Below are positions 36,239 to 48,508 of a stretch of DNA of 64,000 nt, piece by piece (the stretch's first letter is position 1; each line of letters begins with the position of its first letter). The translations under genes were made by a program, and so were the position numbers. This DNA comes from Felis catus (lineage: Eukaryota). The notes under the pieces were generated by a model. The model searched no databases and was not told the origin of the DNA. It was given only the letters and a program-made list of their open reading frames with translations. The stretch covers positions 187,366,001-187,430,000 of the forward strand of contig NC_058368.1 of NCBI RefSeq assembly GCF_018350175.1. The letters run 5' to 3'.

Positions 36239-37328
36239 AGAGCAGAGCTGTTACACTGACAACCGCCCAACCAGGCTAACTTCGCTCTTCAAGAACACAA
36301 GTCTCACTGCCAACTTAATTTATGGACTATAAAGAACTACATAGACTGACTTCTGGGGGAAAACAAAACAATTTCAGTCCTACTTCAACCTGTTAGCAAG
36401 TTCATCTATTCAATTTTCTTTCTTTCTTTCTTCATTTTCCATTTTCTCCTTACAATTCTTTTCTGTTTCTTGAATAAAGACAAAAAATTCATTTTTATTT
36501 TCAATTTTCATTAAAAATATCTTTAATTTTTATTACTATAATTTTTATACTTTTGTGTAAATTTTTTCAAATTCTACTTTACTTCTATCATTTTATATTA
36601 GTCTACTTCAGTGTACTCACCTTTTCAAATTCTCAATTTCCTTTTTTTCTTTTTTTCTTTTTTCCTCTTTTTCATTTCTTTTGCTTTTCTTGATTGCAGA
36701 AAGAGAAAACCTCCATTTTTACTTTCAATTCCTATTAAAAATATTTATTTAATTTTTATTACTATACTTTTTGTTGTTATGTTTTTTCAAATTCTATTTT
36801 AATTCCATCATTTTATTTTAGTCTACTATAGTGTATTCACTTTTTCAAATTTTCAAATGATTTTTTTTATCTTTCTCTTTTTCATTTTTCTTTTTTCTTA
36901 AATACAGAAAATTAAAAATTCATATATATTTTTAATTTTTATTAAAAATATTTTTCTTTAATTTTTTCTACTATATTCTTTACTTTTTTTAAGGAAAACA
37001 TAAAGAAATATTTATAACAAACAGAGACAAGTATCTTGCTCCAGAATGTTTAGCTGTCTTAATCCAAAGTCTATAAAGACAAAGTGCCAATACTCTTTCT
37101 TCAACAAATTCTTGAATTCAGAATTCACATTCTTAGTTATGTGCCAACTTCTATTGCACATAAAAAAATTTAACTTTAATTACATATAAAAAATTTAAAA
37201 TATCTCTTAGCAAGGAAGACAATTAAGAATCCCCAAAACTAGAAGTTATTCCTGGAAAGAGGTTATTAGACCATAGAAAGAGGATCTGGGAGTAAAGGTC
37301 TTAGAGACATTGAATTAATGTTCTAAGA

Positions 37329-37555
37329 CAGGGGTCAGCAATTTATGGCCTCTGACCCAAATCTGCCCCACCTGCTTCTGTAAATAAAGTTTTATTGGCT
37401 ACAACAATTAATTATTCTTAACGTGTTGTCTCTGACTGCCTTCACATAGTTATAACAGAAACTGTAAGGCCCAAATTATTTAATAAAGCCAATATTTTAG
37501 GGACAGAATATTTAATATCTGTCCTCTTACATAAAAAAAATTACTGGCCTAAATT
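37329..37555. mobile_element. MER58-like DNA transposon within the transduced segment
   Basis: caggggtcagcaa...tatggcc...ccaaatctg...tgtaaataaagttttattgg...aatatttaatatctg. Confidence 0.7.
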
Positions 37556-37679
37556 TTAAGAGCATGATTCTATAGACTTTATTAAAGGGGAAAACATGAA
37601 AAGAAAAAAGAAGATTCCTAGTGAGAATAAGGCCTACATATGTAACTGAAATTAAATAAAATCTTTGTCATAGAAACAT

Positions 37680-37826
37680 TAGGAACCAAGGAAGCCATAC
37701 TAATACAAATAAATTATTTAAGAAATAAAAATGGAGAAAAAAGACAAATCTCATATGCAGAAGAATTCCAAATGATTTGTGTAAATACCCTGCCCTTAAG
37801 GAGATGGGACATTTACTTCCCATTCC
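37680..37826 (+). mobile_element. Ancient L1MB/MC-type 3' fragment within the transduced segment
   Basis: gaagaattccaaatgatttgtgtaaataccctgcccttaaggagatgg resembles recalled L1MC 3' sequence. Confidence 0.55.
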
Positions 37827-38239
37827 TTTTTTTTTTTAAGATGGAACTAGTTTATTTTTTCTTCAATATATGAAATTTATTGTCAAATTGGTTTCCATAC
37901 AATGCCCAGTGCTCATCCCAAAAGGTGCCCTCCTCAATACCCATCACCAACCCTCCCCTCCCCCCACCACCCATCAACCCACAGTTTGTTCTGTTTTTAT
38001 TTTTTTTTAATATATGGAATTTATTGTCGAATTGGTTTCCATACAACACCCAGTGTTCATCCCAAAAGATGCCGTCTTCAATACCCATCACCTACCCTCC
38101 CCTCACTCCCACCCCCCATCAACCCTCAGTTTGTTCTCAGTTTTTAACAGTCTCTTATGCTTTGGCTCTCTCCCATTCTAACCTCTTATTTTTCTCCTTC
38201 CCCTCCCCCCACGGGTTTCTGTTAAGTTTCTCAGGATCC

Positions 38240-41200
38240 ACATAAGAGTAAAAACATATGGTATCTGTCTTTCTCTGTATGGCATATTTCACTTAGCATC
38301 ACACTCTCCAGTTCCATCTACGTTGCTACAAAGGACCACATTTCATTCTTTCTCATTGCCACCTAGTACTCCATTGTGTATATAAACCACAATTTCTTTA
38401 TCCATTCATCAGTTGATGGACATTTAGGCTCTTTCCATAATTTGGCTATTGTTGAGAGTGCTGCTATAAACATTGGGGTACAAGTGCCCCTATGCATCAG
38501 TACTCCTGTATCCCTGGGGTAAATTCCTAGCAGTGCTACTGCTGGGTCATAGGGTAGGTCTATTTTTACTTTTTTGAGGAACCTCCACACTGTTTTCCAG
38601 AGTGGCTGCACCAATTTGCATTCCCACCAACAGTGCAAGAGGGTTCCCGTTTCTCCACATCCTCTCCAGCATCTATAGTCTCCTGATTTATTCATTTTGG
38701 CCACTCTGACTGGCATGAGGTGATATCTGAGTGTGGTTTTGATTTGTATTTCCCTGATGAGGAGTGACGTTGAGCATCTTTTCATGTGCCTGTTGGCCAT
38801 CCGGATGTCTTCTTTAGAGAAGTGTCTATTCATGTTTCCTGCCCATTTCTTCACTGGGTTGTTTTTCGGGTGTGGAGCTTGGTGAGCTCTTTGTAGATTT
38901 TGGATATTAGCCCTTTGTCTGATATGTCATTTGCAAATATCTTTTCCCATTCTGTTGGTTGCCTTTTAGTTTTGTTGGTTGTTTCCTTTGCTGTGCAGAA
39001 GCTTTTTATTTTCATAAGGTCCCAGTAGTTCATTTTTGCTTTTAATTCCCTTGCCTTTGGGGATGTGTTAAGTAAGAAATTGCTATGACTGAGGTCAGAG
39101 AGGTCTTCTGCTTTCTCCTGTAGGTTTTTGATGGTTTCCTGTGTCACATTCAAGTCCTTTATCCATTTTGAGTTTATTTTTGTGAATGGTGTGAGAAAGT
39201 GGTCTAGTTTCTACCTTCTGCATGTTGCTGTCCAGTTCTCCCAGCACCATTTGTTAAAGAGACTGTCTTTTTTCCATTGGATGTTCTTTCCTGCTTTGTC
39301 AAAGATTAGTTGGCCATACGTTTGTGGGTCTAGTTCTGGGGTTTCTATTCTATTCCCTTGGTCTATGTGTCTGTTTTTGTGCCAATATGCTGTCTTGATG
39401 ATTACAGCTTTGTAGTAGAGACTAAAGTCTGGGATTGTGATGCCTCCTGCTTTGGTCTTCTTCTTCAAAATTACTTTGGCTATTTGGGGCCTTTTGTGGT
39501 TCCATATGAATTTTAGGATTGCTTGTTCTAGTTTCGAGAAGAATGCTGGTGCAATTTTGATTGGGATTGCATTGAATGTGTAGATAGCTTTGGGTAGTAT
39601 TGACATTTTGACAATATTTATTCTTCCAATCCATGAGCATGGAAATTTTTTCCATTTCTTTATATCTTCTTCAATTTCCTTCATAAGCTTTCTATAATTT
39701 TCAGCATACAGATCTTTTACATCTTTGGTTAGATTTATTCCTAGGTATTTTATGCTTCTTGGTGCAATTGTGAATGGGATCAGTTTCCTTATTTGTCTTC
39801 CTGTTGCTTCATACTAGCATATAAGAATGCAACTGATTTCTGTACATTGATTTTGTATCCTGCAACTTTGCTGAATTCATGTATCAGTTCTAGCAGACTT
39901 TTGGTGGAGTCTATCAGATTTTCCATGTATAATATCATGTCATCTGCAAAAAGTGAAAGCTTGACTTCATCTTTGCCAATTTTGACGCCTTTGATTTCCT
40001 TTTGTTGTCTGATTGCTGATGCTAGCACTTCCAACACTATGTTAAACAACAGCGGTGAGAGTGGACATCCCTGTCGTGTTCCTGATCTCAGGGAAAAAGC
40101 TCTCAGTTTTTCCCCATTGATGATGATGTTAGCTGTGGGCTTTTCATAAATGGCTTTTATGATGTTTCAGTATCTTCCTTCTATCCCGACTTTCTCAAGG
40201 TTTTTATTAAGAAAGGTTGCTGAATTTTGTCAAATGCCTTTTGTGCATCGATTGACAGGATCATATGGTTCTTTTCTTTTATTAATGTGATGTATCATGT
40301 TGATTGATTTGCGAATGTTGAACCAGCCCTGCATCCCAGGAATGAATCCCACTTGATCATGGTGAATAATTCTTTTTATGTGCTGTTGAATTCGATTTGC
40401 TAGTATCTTGAAAATTTTTGCATCCAAATTCATCAGGGATATTGGCCTGTAGTTCTCTTTTTTTACTGGGTCTCTGTCTGGTTTTGGAATCAAAGTAATA
40501 CTGGCTTCATAGAATGAGTCTGGAAGTTTTCCTTCCCTTTCTACTTTTTGGAATAGCTTGAGAAGGATAGGGATTATCTCTGCTTTAAACGTCTGGTAGA
40601 ACTCCCCTGGGAAGCCATCTGGTCCTGGACTCTTATTTGTTGGGAGATTTTTGATGACTGATTCAATTTCTTCGCTGGTTATGGGTCTGTTCAAGCTTTC
40701 TATTTCCTCCTGATTGAGTTTTGGAAGTGTGTGGGTGTTTAGGAATTTGTCCATTTCTCCCAGGTTGTCCAGTTTGTTAGCATATAATTTTTCATAGTAT
40801 TCCCTGATAATTGCTTGTATATCTGAGGGATTGGTTATAATAATTCCATTTTCATTCATGATGTTATCAATTTCGGTCATCTCCCTTTTCTTTTTGAGAA
40901 GCCTGGCTAGAGATTTATCAATTTTGTTTATTTTTTCAAAAAACCAACTCTTGGTTTTGTTGATCTGCTCTACAGTTTTTTTAGATTCTATATTGTTTAT
41001 TTCTGCTCTGATCTTTATTATTTCTCTTCTTCTGCTGGGTTTAGGCTGCCTTTGCTGTTCTGCTTCTAGTTCCTTTAGGTGTGCTGTTAGATTTTGTATT
41101 TGGGATTTTTCTTGTTTCTTGAGATAGGCCTGGATTGCAATGTATTTTCCTCTCAGGACTGCCTTCGTTGCATCCCAAAGCGTTTGGATTGTTGTATTTT

Positions 41201-42024
41201 CATTTTCGTTTGTTTCCATATATTTTTTAATTTCTTCTCTAATTGCCTGGTTGACGCATTCATTCTTTAGTAGGGTGTTCTTTAACTTCCATGCTTTTGC
41301 AGGTTTTCCAGACTTTTTCCTGTGGTTGATTTCAAGCTTCATAGTGTTGTGGCCTGAAAGTATGCATGGTATGATTTCAATTCTTGTATACTTATGAAGG
41401 GCTGTTTTGTGACCCAGTTTGTGATCTAGCTTGGAGAATGTACCATGTGCACTCGAGAAGAAAGTATATTCTGTTGCTTTGGGATGCAGAGTTCTAAATG
41501 TATCTGTCAAGTCCATCTGATCCAATGTATCCTTGTTTCTTTATTGACCGTGTGTCTAGATGATCTATCCATTTCTGTAAGTGGAGTGTTAAAGTCCCCT
41601 GCAATTACCACATTCTTATCAATAAGGTTGCTTATGTTTGTGAGTAATTGTTTTATATATTTCAGGGCTCCTGGATTCGGCAGATAGACATTTATAATTG
41701 TTAGCTCTTCCTGATGGATAGACCCTGTAATTATTATATAATGCCCTTCTTCATCTCTTGCTACAGCCTTTAATTTAAAGTCTTGTTTGTCTGATGTAAG
41801 TATGGCTACTCCAGCTTTCTATTGACTTCCAGTAGCATGATAAATAATTCTCCATCCCCTCATCTCAATCTGAAGGTGTCCTCAGGTCTAAAATGAGTCT
41901 CTTGTAGACAGCAAATAGATGGGTCTTGTTTTTTTATCCATTCTGATACCCTATGTCTTTTGGTTGGCGCATTTAGTCCATTTACATTCAGTGTTATTAT
42001 AGAAAGATATGGGTTTAGCGTCAT
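38240..42024 (-). pseudogene. L1 F ORF2p (endonuclease and reverse transcriptase), frameshifted
   Basis: EN motifs TLNVNGLN and CCLQETH, a 431-aa fragment with SPGPDGF and YRPISL, RT motif LFADD, C-terminal CWRGCGE...HCWWEC. Split into at least six ORFs. Confidence 0.93.
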
Positions 42025-42074
42025 TGTGATGTCTGTATGTTTTATGCTTGTAGCGATGTCTCTGGTACTTTGTC

Positions 42075-42969
42075 TCACAGGATCCCCCTTAGGATCTCTT
42101 GTAGGGCTGGTTTAGTGGTGACAAATTCCTTCAGTTTTTGTTTGTTTGGGAAGACCTTTATCTCTCCTTCTATTCTAAATGACAGACTTGCTGGATAAAG
42201 GATTCTCAGCTGCATATTTTTTCTGTTCATCACATTGAAGATTTCCTGCCATTCCTTTCTGGCTTGCCAAGTTTCAGTAGAGAGATCTGTCATGAGTCTT
42301 ATCGGTCTCCCTTTATATGTTAAAACACGTTTATCCCTAGCTGCTTTCAGAATTTTCTCTTTATCCTTGTATTTTGCCAGTTTCACTATGATATGTCGTG
42401 CAGAAGATCAATTCAAGTTACGTCTGAAGGGAGTTCTCTGTGCCTCTTGGATTTCAATGCCTTTTTCCTTCCCCAGATCAGGGAAGTTCTCAGCTATTAT
42501 TTCTTCAAGTACACCTTCAGCACCTTTCCCTCTCTCTTCATCCTCTGGAATATGAATTATACGTAGATTATTTCTCTTTAATGCATCACTTAGTTCTCTA
42601 ATTTTCCCCTCATACTCCTGGATTTTTTTATCTCTCTTTTTCTCAGCTTCCTCTTTTTCCATAATTTTATCTTCTAGTTCACCTATTCTCTCCTCTGCCT
42701 CTTCTATCCAAGCCATGGTCATTTCCATTTTATTTTGCAGCTCATTTATAGAATTTTTTTCGCTCCTCCTGACTATTCCTTAGTCCCTTGATCTCTGTAG
42801 CAATCGATTCTCTGCTGTCCTCTATACTGTTTTCAAGCCCAGCGATTAATTTTATGACTATTATTCTAAATTCACTTTCTGTTATATTGCTTAAATCCTT
42901 TTTGATCAGTTCCTTAGCTGTTGTTATTTCCTGGAGATTCTTTTGAGGGGAATTCTTCCGTTTGGTCAT
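42075..42969 (-). pseudogene. L1 F ORF1p, frameshifted
   Basis: Fragments MTKRKNSPQK..., EEAEERIGELEDK... and ...KPALQEILRGIL* are not one continuous frame. Confidence 0.9.
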
Positions 42970-45078
42970 TTTGGATAGTCCCTGGAGTGGTGTGGAACTG
43001 CAGGGCACTTCCTCTGTGCTGTCTTGAATAACTGGAGTTGGTGGGCAGGGCTGCAGTCAGACCTGATTTCTGCCCCCATCCCACCGCTGGGGCCACAGTC
43101 AGACTGGTGTGTACCTTCTCTTCCCCTCTCCTAGGGGCAGGATTCACTGTGGGGTGGCGTGGCCCGTCTGGGCTACTTGCACACTGCCAGGCTTGTGATG
43201 CTGGGGGCCTGGCGTATTAGCTGGGGTGGATAGGCAAGGTGCACAAGGGTGGAGGGGTAGGCTCAGCTCGCTTATCCTTCAGTGATCCACTTCAGGAGGG
43301 GCCCTGCGGCACTGGGAGGGAGTCAGACCTGCCGCCGGAGGGATGGATCCACAGAAGCACAGCGTTAGGTGTTTGCATGGTGCAAGCAAGTTCCCTGGCA
43401 GGAACTGGTTCCCTTTGGGATTTTGGCTGGGGGATGGGCGAGGGAGCTGGCGCTGGTGAGTGCCTTTGTTCCCCGCCAAGCTGAGCTCTGTCCTCCGAGG
43501 CTCAACAACTCTCCCTCGGTTGTCCTCAAGCCCTCCCGTTCTCCAAGCAGAGTTGTTAGCTTATAACCTTCCAGATGTTAAGTCCCGCTTACTGCCTGAA
43601 CACACTCCATCCAGCCCCTCCACTTTTGCAAGCCAGACTTGGGGCCTCTGCTTGGCCAGCAGGCTGCCCTCTGCCCTGGCTCCCTCACACAAGTCTGTGT
43701 AGTGTGCACCGCCTCTCCGCCCTTCCTACCCTCTTCTGTGGGCCTCTAGTCTGCACTTGGCTCCAGAGAATCCATTCTGCTAGTCTTCTGGCAGTTTTCT
43801 GGTTTTTTAGGCACGTGTAGGTGGAATCTAAGTGATCAGCAGGACACGGTGAGCCCAGCATCCTCCTATGCTGCCATCTTCCCCTCTTCTCTCCCTACAT
43901 TCTTTACCTTTATGTGTGTTTTTTCAAATCTATTTTACTCCCATCATCTCATTTTAGTCTACTTCAGTGTATTCAATTTTTCAAATTCTCAAACGATTTC
44001 CTTCCGCCCCTCCCTTTTTTTTCTCTAATCTGTCAAATCACTGTCAACACCCAGACCAAAACACACCTAGGATCTAGCATCATCTATTTGTAGTGTGTGT
44101 GTGTGTGTGTAATTTTTAATGTCAATATTTTTTCATTTTAATTTTTTATTTCAATTTTTCTACCTCATTAATTCCTTTTCTCCCTTCAAAACAAAGGGAT
44201 TCACCCCAAAAGAAAGAGCACGAAGTAATGACAGCCAGGGATTTAACCAACACAGATACAAGCAAGATGTCTGAACCAGAATTAAGAATCACGATAATAA
44301 GAATACTAGCTGGAGTGGAAAATAGATTAGAATCCATTTCTGCAGATTTAAAAAAAAACAGTAAAAACTAGCCAGAATGAAATTAAAAATGCTATAACCA
44401 AGCTGCAATCACAGATGGATGCAGCAGCAGCAAGGATGGATGAGGCAGAGCAGAGAATCAGTGATATAGAGGACAAACTTATAAAGAATATCGAAGCAGA
44501 AAAAAAGGGAGATAAGGCAAAAGAGCACGATTTAAGAATTAGAGAAATCAGTGACTCAAAAAAGGAACAATATCAGAATCATAGGGGTCCCAGAAGAGGA
44601 AGAGAGAGTAATAGGGGTAGAAGGATTATGTGAGCAAATCATAGTGGAAAACTTTCCTAACCTCAGTAAAGACACAGACATCAAAATCCAGGAAGCACAG
44701 AGGATTCCCATTAGATTCAACAAAAACCCACCATCAATAAGGCATATCATAGTCAAATTCACAAAATACTTATGCAAGGAGAGAATCATGAAAGCAGCAA
44801 GGGAAAAAAAGTCCCTAACTTAACAAGGGAAGACAGATCAGGTTTGCAGCAGACCTATCCACAGAAACTTGGCAGGCCAGAAAGGAGTGGTGGGAAATAT
44901 TCAGTGTGGTGAATCAGAACAATATGCAGCCAAGAATTCTTTATCCAGCAAGGCTGCCATTCAAAATAGAAGGAGAGATAAAAAGTTTCCCAGACAAACA
45001 AAAATTAAAGGAGTTTGTGACCACTAAACCAGCCCTGCAAGAAATTTTAAGGGGGACTTTCTGAGGGGAGAAAAGATG

Positions 45079-45092
<14 letters not shown>

Positions 45093-45146
<54 letters not shown>

Positions 45147-45156
45147 ATGTATATAC
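45093..45156. repeat. (TA)n microsatellite in the D inter-ORF spacer
   Basis: Visible run following an A-tract. Confidence 0.9.
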
Positions 45157-48100
45157 CAAAAGCAACAAAAGATTAGAAAGGACCAGAGAACATTACCAGA
45201 AACTCCAACTCCACAAGCATCATAATGGCAATAAATTCATATCTTTCAGTACTCACTCTAAACATCAATGGACTCAACTGTCCTATCAAAAGACATAGGG
45301 TAACAGAATGGATAAAAAAAAAAAAATAAGATCCATATATATGCTGTTTACAAGAGACCCACTTTAGACCTAAAGACACCTTCAGATTGAAAATAAGGGG
45401 GTGGAGAACCATCTACCATGTTAATGGTCATCAGAAGAAAGCCAGAGTAGCCATACTTATATCAGACAATCTAGACCTTAAAATAAAGACTGTATCAAGA
45501 GATGCAGAAGGGCATTATATCATAATCAAGGGGTGTATCCACCAAGACGACCTAACAATTGTAAACATTTATGTGCCAAATGTGAAAGCACCCAAGTATA
45601 TACATCAATTAATCACAAACATAAAGAAACTCATCAATAGTAATACCATAATAGGAGACTTCAACACCCCACTCACAACAATGGACAGATCATCTAATCA
45701 AAAAATCAACAAGGAAACAATGGCTTAGACTGACACCCTGGACCAGATGGACTTAACAGATATATTCAGAACATTTCATCCTAACACAGCAGAAAATGCA
45801 TTCTTCTCCAGTGCACATGGAATGTTCTCCAGAATAGACCATATACTGGGACACAAATCAGCCGTAAGTAAGTGCAAAAGGATCGAGATCACACCGTGCA
45901 TATTTTCAGACCACAATGCTATGAAACTCGAAATCAACCACAAGAAAAAATTTGGAAAGGTATCAAATACTTAGAGACTGAAGAACATCCTACTAAAGAA
46001 TGAATGGGCTAACCAAGCAGTTAGAGAGGAAATTAAAAAGTATATGGAAGTCAATGAAAATGATAACACCACAACCCAAAACCTCTGGGATGCAGCAAAG
46101 GCAGTCATAAGAGGAAAGTATATAGCAGTCAAGAAGGAAGAAAGATCTCAGATACACAACCTAACCTTACACTTTAAGGAGCTGGAAAAAGAACAGCAAA
46201 TAAAACCCAAAACCAGCACAAGACAGGAAATAATGAAGATTAGAGCAGAAAATAATGTTATCAAAACTAAAAAGACAGAACAGATCAATGAAACCAGAAG
46301 GTGGTTCTTTGAAAGAATTAACAAAATTGATAAACCACTAGCCAGTTTGATCAAGAAGAAAAAGGAAAGGACCCAAATAAATAAAGTCAAGAATGAAAGA
46401 GGAGAGATCACAACCAACACAACAGAAATAAAAACAATAATAAGAGAATATTGTGATAATTACATGCCAATAAAATGGGTAATCTGGAAGAAATGGACAA
46501 ATTCCTAGAAACATATACACTACCATAACTGAAACAGGAAGAGATAGAAAATTTGAACAGACCCATAACCAGTAAGGAAATCGAATTAGTAATCAAAAAT
46601 CTGCCAAAAAAAACAAGAGTCCAGGGCCAGATGGCTTTTCTGGGGAATTCTACCAAACATTTAAGGAAGAGTTAACACCAATTCTCTTGAAACTGTTCCA
46701 AAAAATAGAAATGGAAGGAAAACTTCCAAACGCTATGAAGCCAGCATTACCTTGATTCCAAAACCAGACAGAGACCCCACAAAAAAAGGAGAATTATAGA
46801 CAAATTTCCCTGATGAACATGGATGCAAAAATCCTCAACAATGTATTAGCCAACCAGATCCAACAATACATTAAAAAAATTATTCTCCACGATCAAGTGG
46901 GATTTATACCTGGGATGCAGGGTTGGTTCAATATCCACAAAACAATTAATGCGATTCATCACATTAATAAAAGAAAGGACAAGAACCATATGATCCTCTT
47001 AATAGATGCAGAGAAAGCATTTGACAAAATAGAGCATACTTTCCTGATAAAAACCCACAAGAAAGTAGGGATAGAAGGATCATACCTCGGATCATAAAAG
47101 CCATATATGAACGACCCAACGCTAATATCATCCTGAATGGGGAAAAACTGAGACTTTTCCCCCTAAGGTCAGGAATAAGAGAGGGATGTCCACTCTCACC
47201 ACTGTTATTCAACATAGTATTGGAAGTCTTAGCCTCTGTAATCAGAAAACACAAAGAAATAAAAGGCATCCATATCAGCCAGGAGGAGGCCAAACTTTCA
47301 CTCTTCACAGATGACATGATACTCTATATGGAAAACCCAAAACATTCCACCAAAAAACTGCTAGAACTGATTCAGGAATTCAGCAAAGTTGCAGGATATA
47401 AAATCAACTCACAGAAATCAGTTGCATTCCTATACACCACCAATGAAGCAACAGAAAGAGAAATCAAGGAATCGATCCCATTTACAGTTGCACAAAAAAA
47501 ATAAAATAAAATAAAATACCTAGGAATAAATCTAACCAAAGAGGTGAAAAATCTATACACTGAAAACTATAGAAAGCTTATGAAAGAAATCGAAGAGGAC
47601 ACAAAAAAAATGGAAAAAGATTCCATGCTCCTGGATAAAGAACAAATATTGTTAAAATGTCAATACTACCCAAAGCAATCTACATATTCAGTGCAATCCC
47701 TATCAAAGCAATACCAGCATTCTTCACAGAGCTAGAACAAATAATCCTAAAATTTGTATGGAACCAGAAAAGACCCCAAATAGCCAAAGCAATCTTGAAA
47801 AAGAAAACCAAAGCAAGAGGCATCACAATCCCAGACTTCAAGCTATACTACAAAGCTGTAATCACCAAGACAGCATGGAGCAGACACTCAGATCAATGGA
47901 ACAGAATAGAGAACCCAGAAATGGGCCCACAAATGTATGGCCAACTAATCATTGACAAAGCAGGAAAGAATATCCAATGGAATAAAGACAGTCTCTTCAA
48001 GTGGTGCTGGGAAAACTGGACAGCGACATGCAGAAGAATGAACCTGGACCACTTTCTTACACCACACACTAAAATAAACTCAAAGTGGATGAAAGACCTC

Positions 48101-48297
48101 AATGTAAGACAGGAAGCCATCAAAATCCTTAAGGAGAAAGCAGGCAAAAACCTCTTTGATCTTGGCCTCAGCAACTTACTCAACAAATCTCTGGAGGCAA
48201 GGGAAACAAAAGCAAAAATGAACTACTAGGACCTTATGAAAATAAAAAGCTTCTGCAAAGCAAAGGAAACAATCAGCAAAACTAAAAAGCAACCATA

Positions 48298-48508
48298 GGG
48301 TGCCTGGGTGGCTCAGTCGGTTGAACGTTTGGCTTTGGCTCAGGTCATGATCTCACAGTTTGTGGGTTCGAGCCCTGCACCCAGCTCTGTGCTACAGCTT
48401 AGAGCCTGGAGCCTGCTTCAAATTCTGTGTCTCCCTCTCTCTCTGCTCCTCCCCCACTCATGCTCTGTCTCTTTCTCTCCTTCAAAAATAAATAAAAACA
48501 TTTTTTTT
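48298..48508 (+). mobile_element. SINEC_Fc-type SINE inside D ORF2
   Basis: Feliform-type agcttagagcctggagcctgcttc segment. TSD aaaaagcaacca / aaaaaggcaacca. Confidence 0.93.

Larger units (their letters stand above)
35074..36987 (+). mobile_element. L1 element D, part 1: 5' UTR (inserted in C ORF1)
   Basis: gagagaggagccaagatgg start, homologous to the C 5' UTR. TSD aaaaaggaataaca (35060-35073) / aaaaagaaataaca (49522-49535). Confidence 0.9.
36988..37850 (-). other. 3'-transduced genomic flank carried by L1 F
   Basis: Not feline-L1 sequence. It lies between the F tail and the TSD and ends in TATAAA (37011-37016, minus strand) plus a short A-tail. Confidence 0.85.
37851..43894 (-). mobile_element. 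L1 element F: full-length antisense feline L1 with a second 3' end (37851-37998)
   Basis: 5' gggagagaagaggggaagatggc, then ORF1, ORF2, 3' UTR and A-tail. TSD ctatattctttactttt (36971-36987) / ctacattctttaccttt (43895-43911). Confidence 0.95.

Noticed and set aside
40230..41525. 431-aa ORF as a functional gene or active L1
   Set aside because: It is an internal fragment of L1 ORF2. Both ORF1 and ORF2 of F are broken by several frameshifts, so no autonomous element is present.
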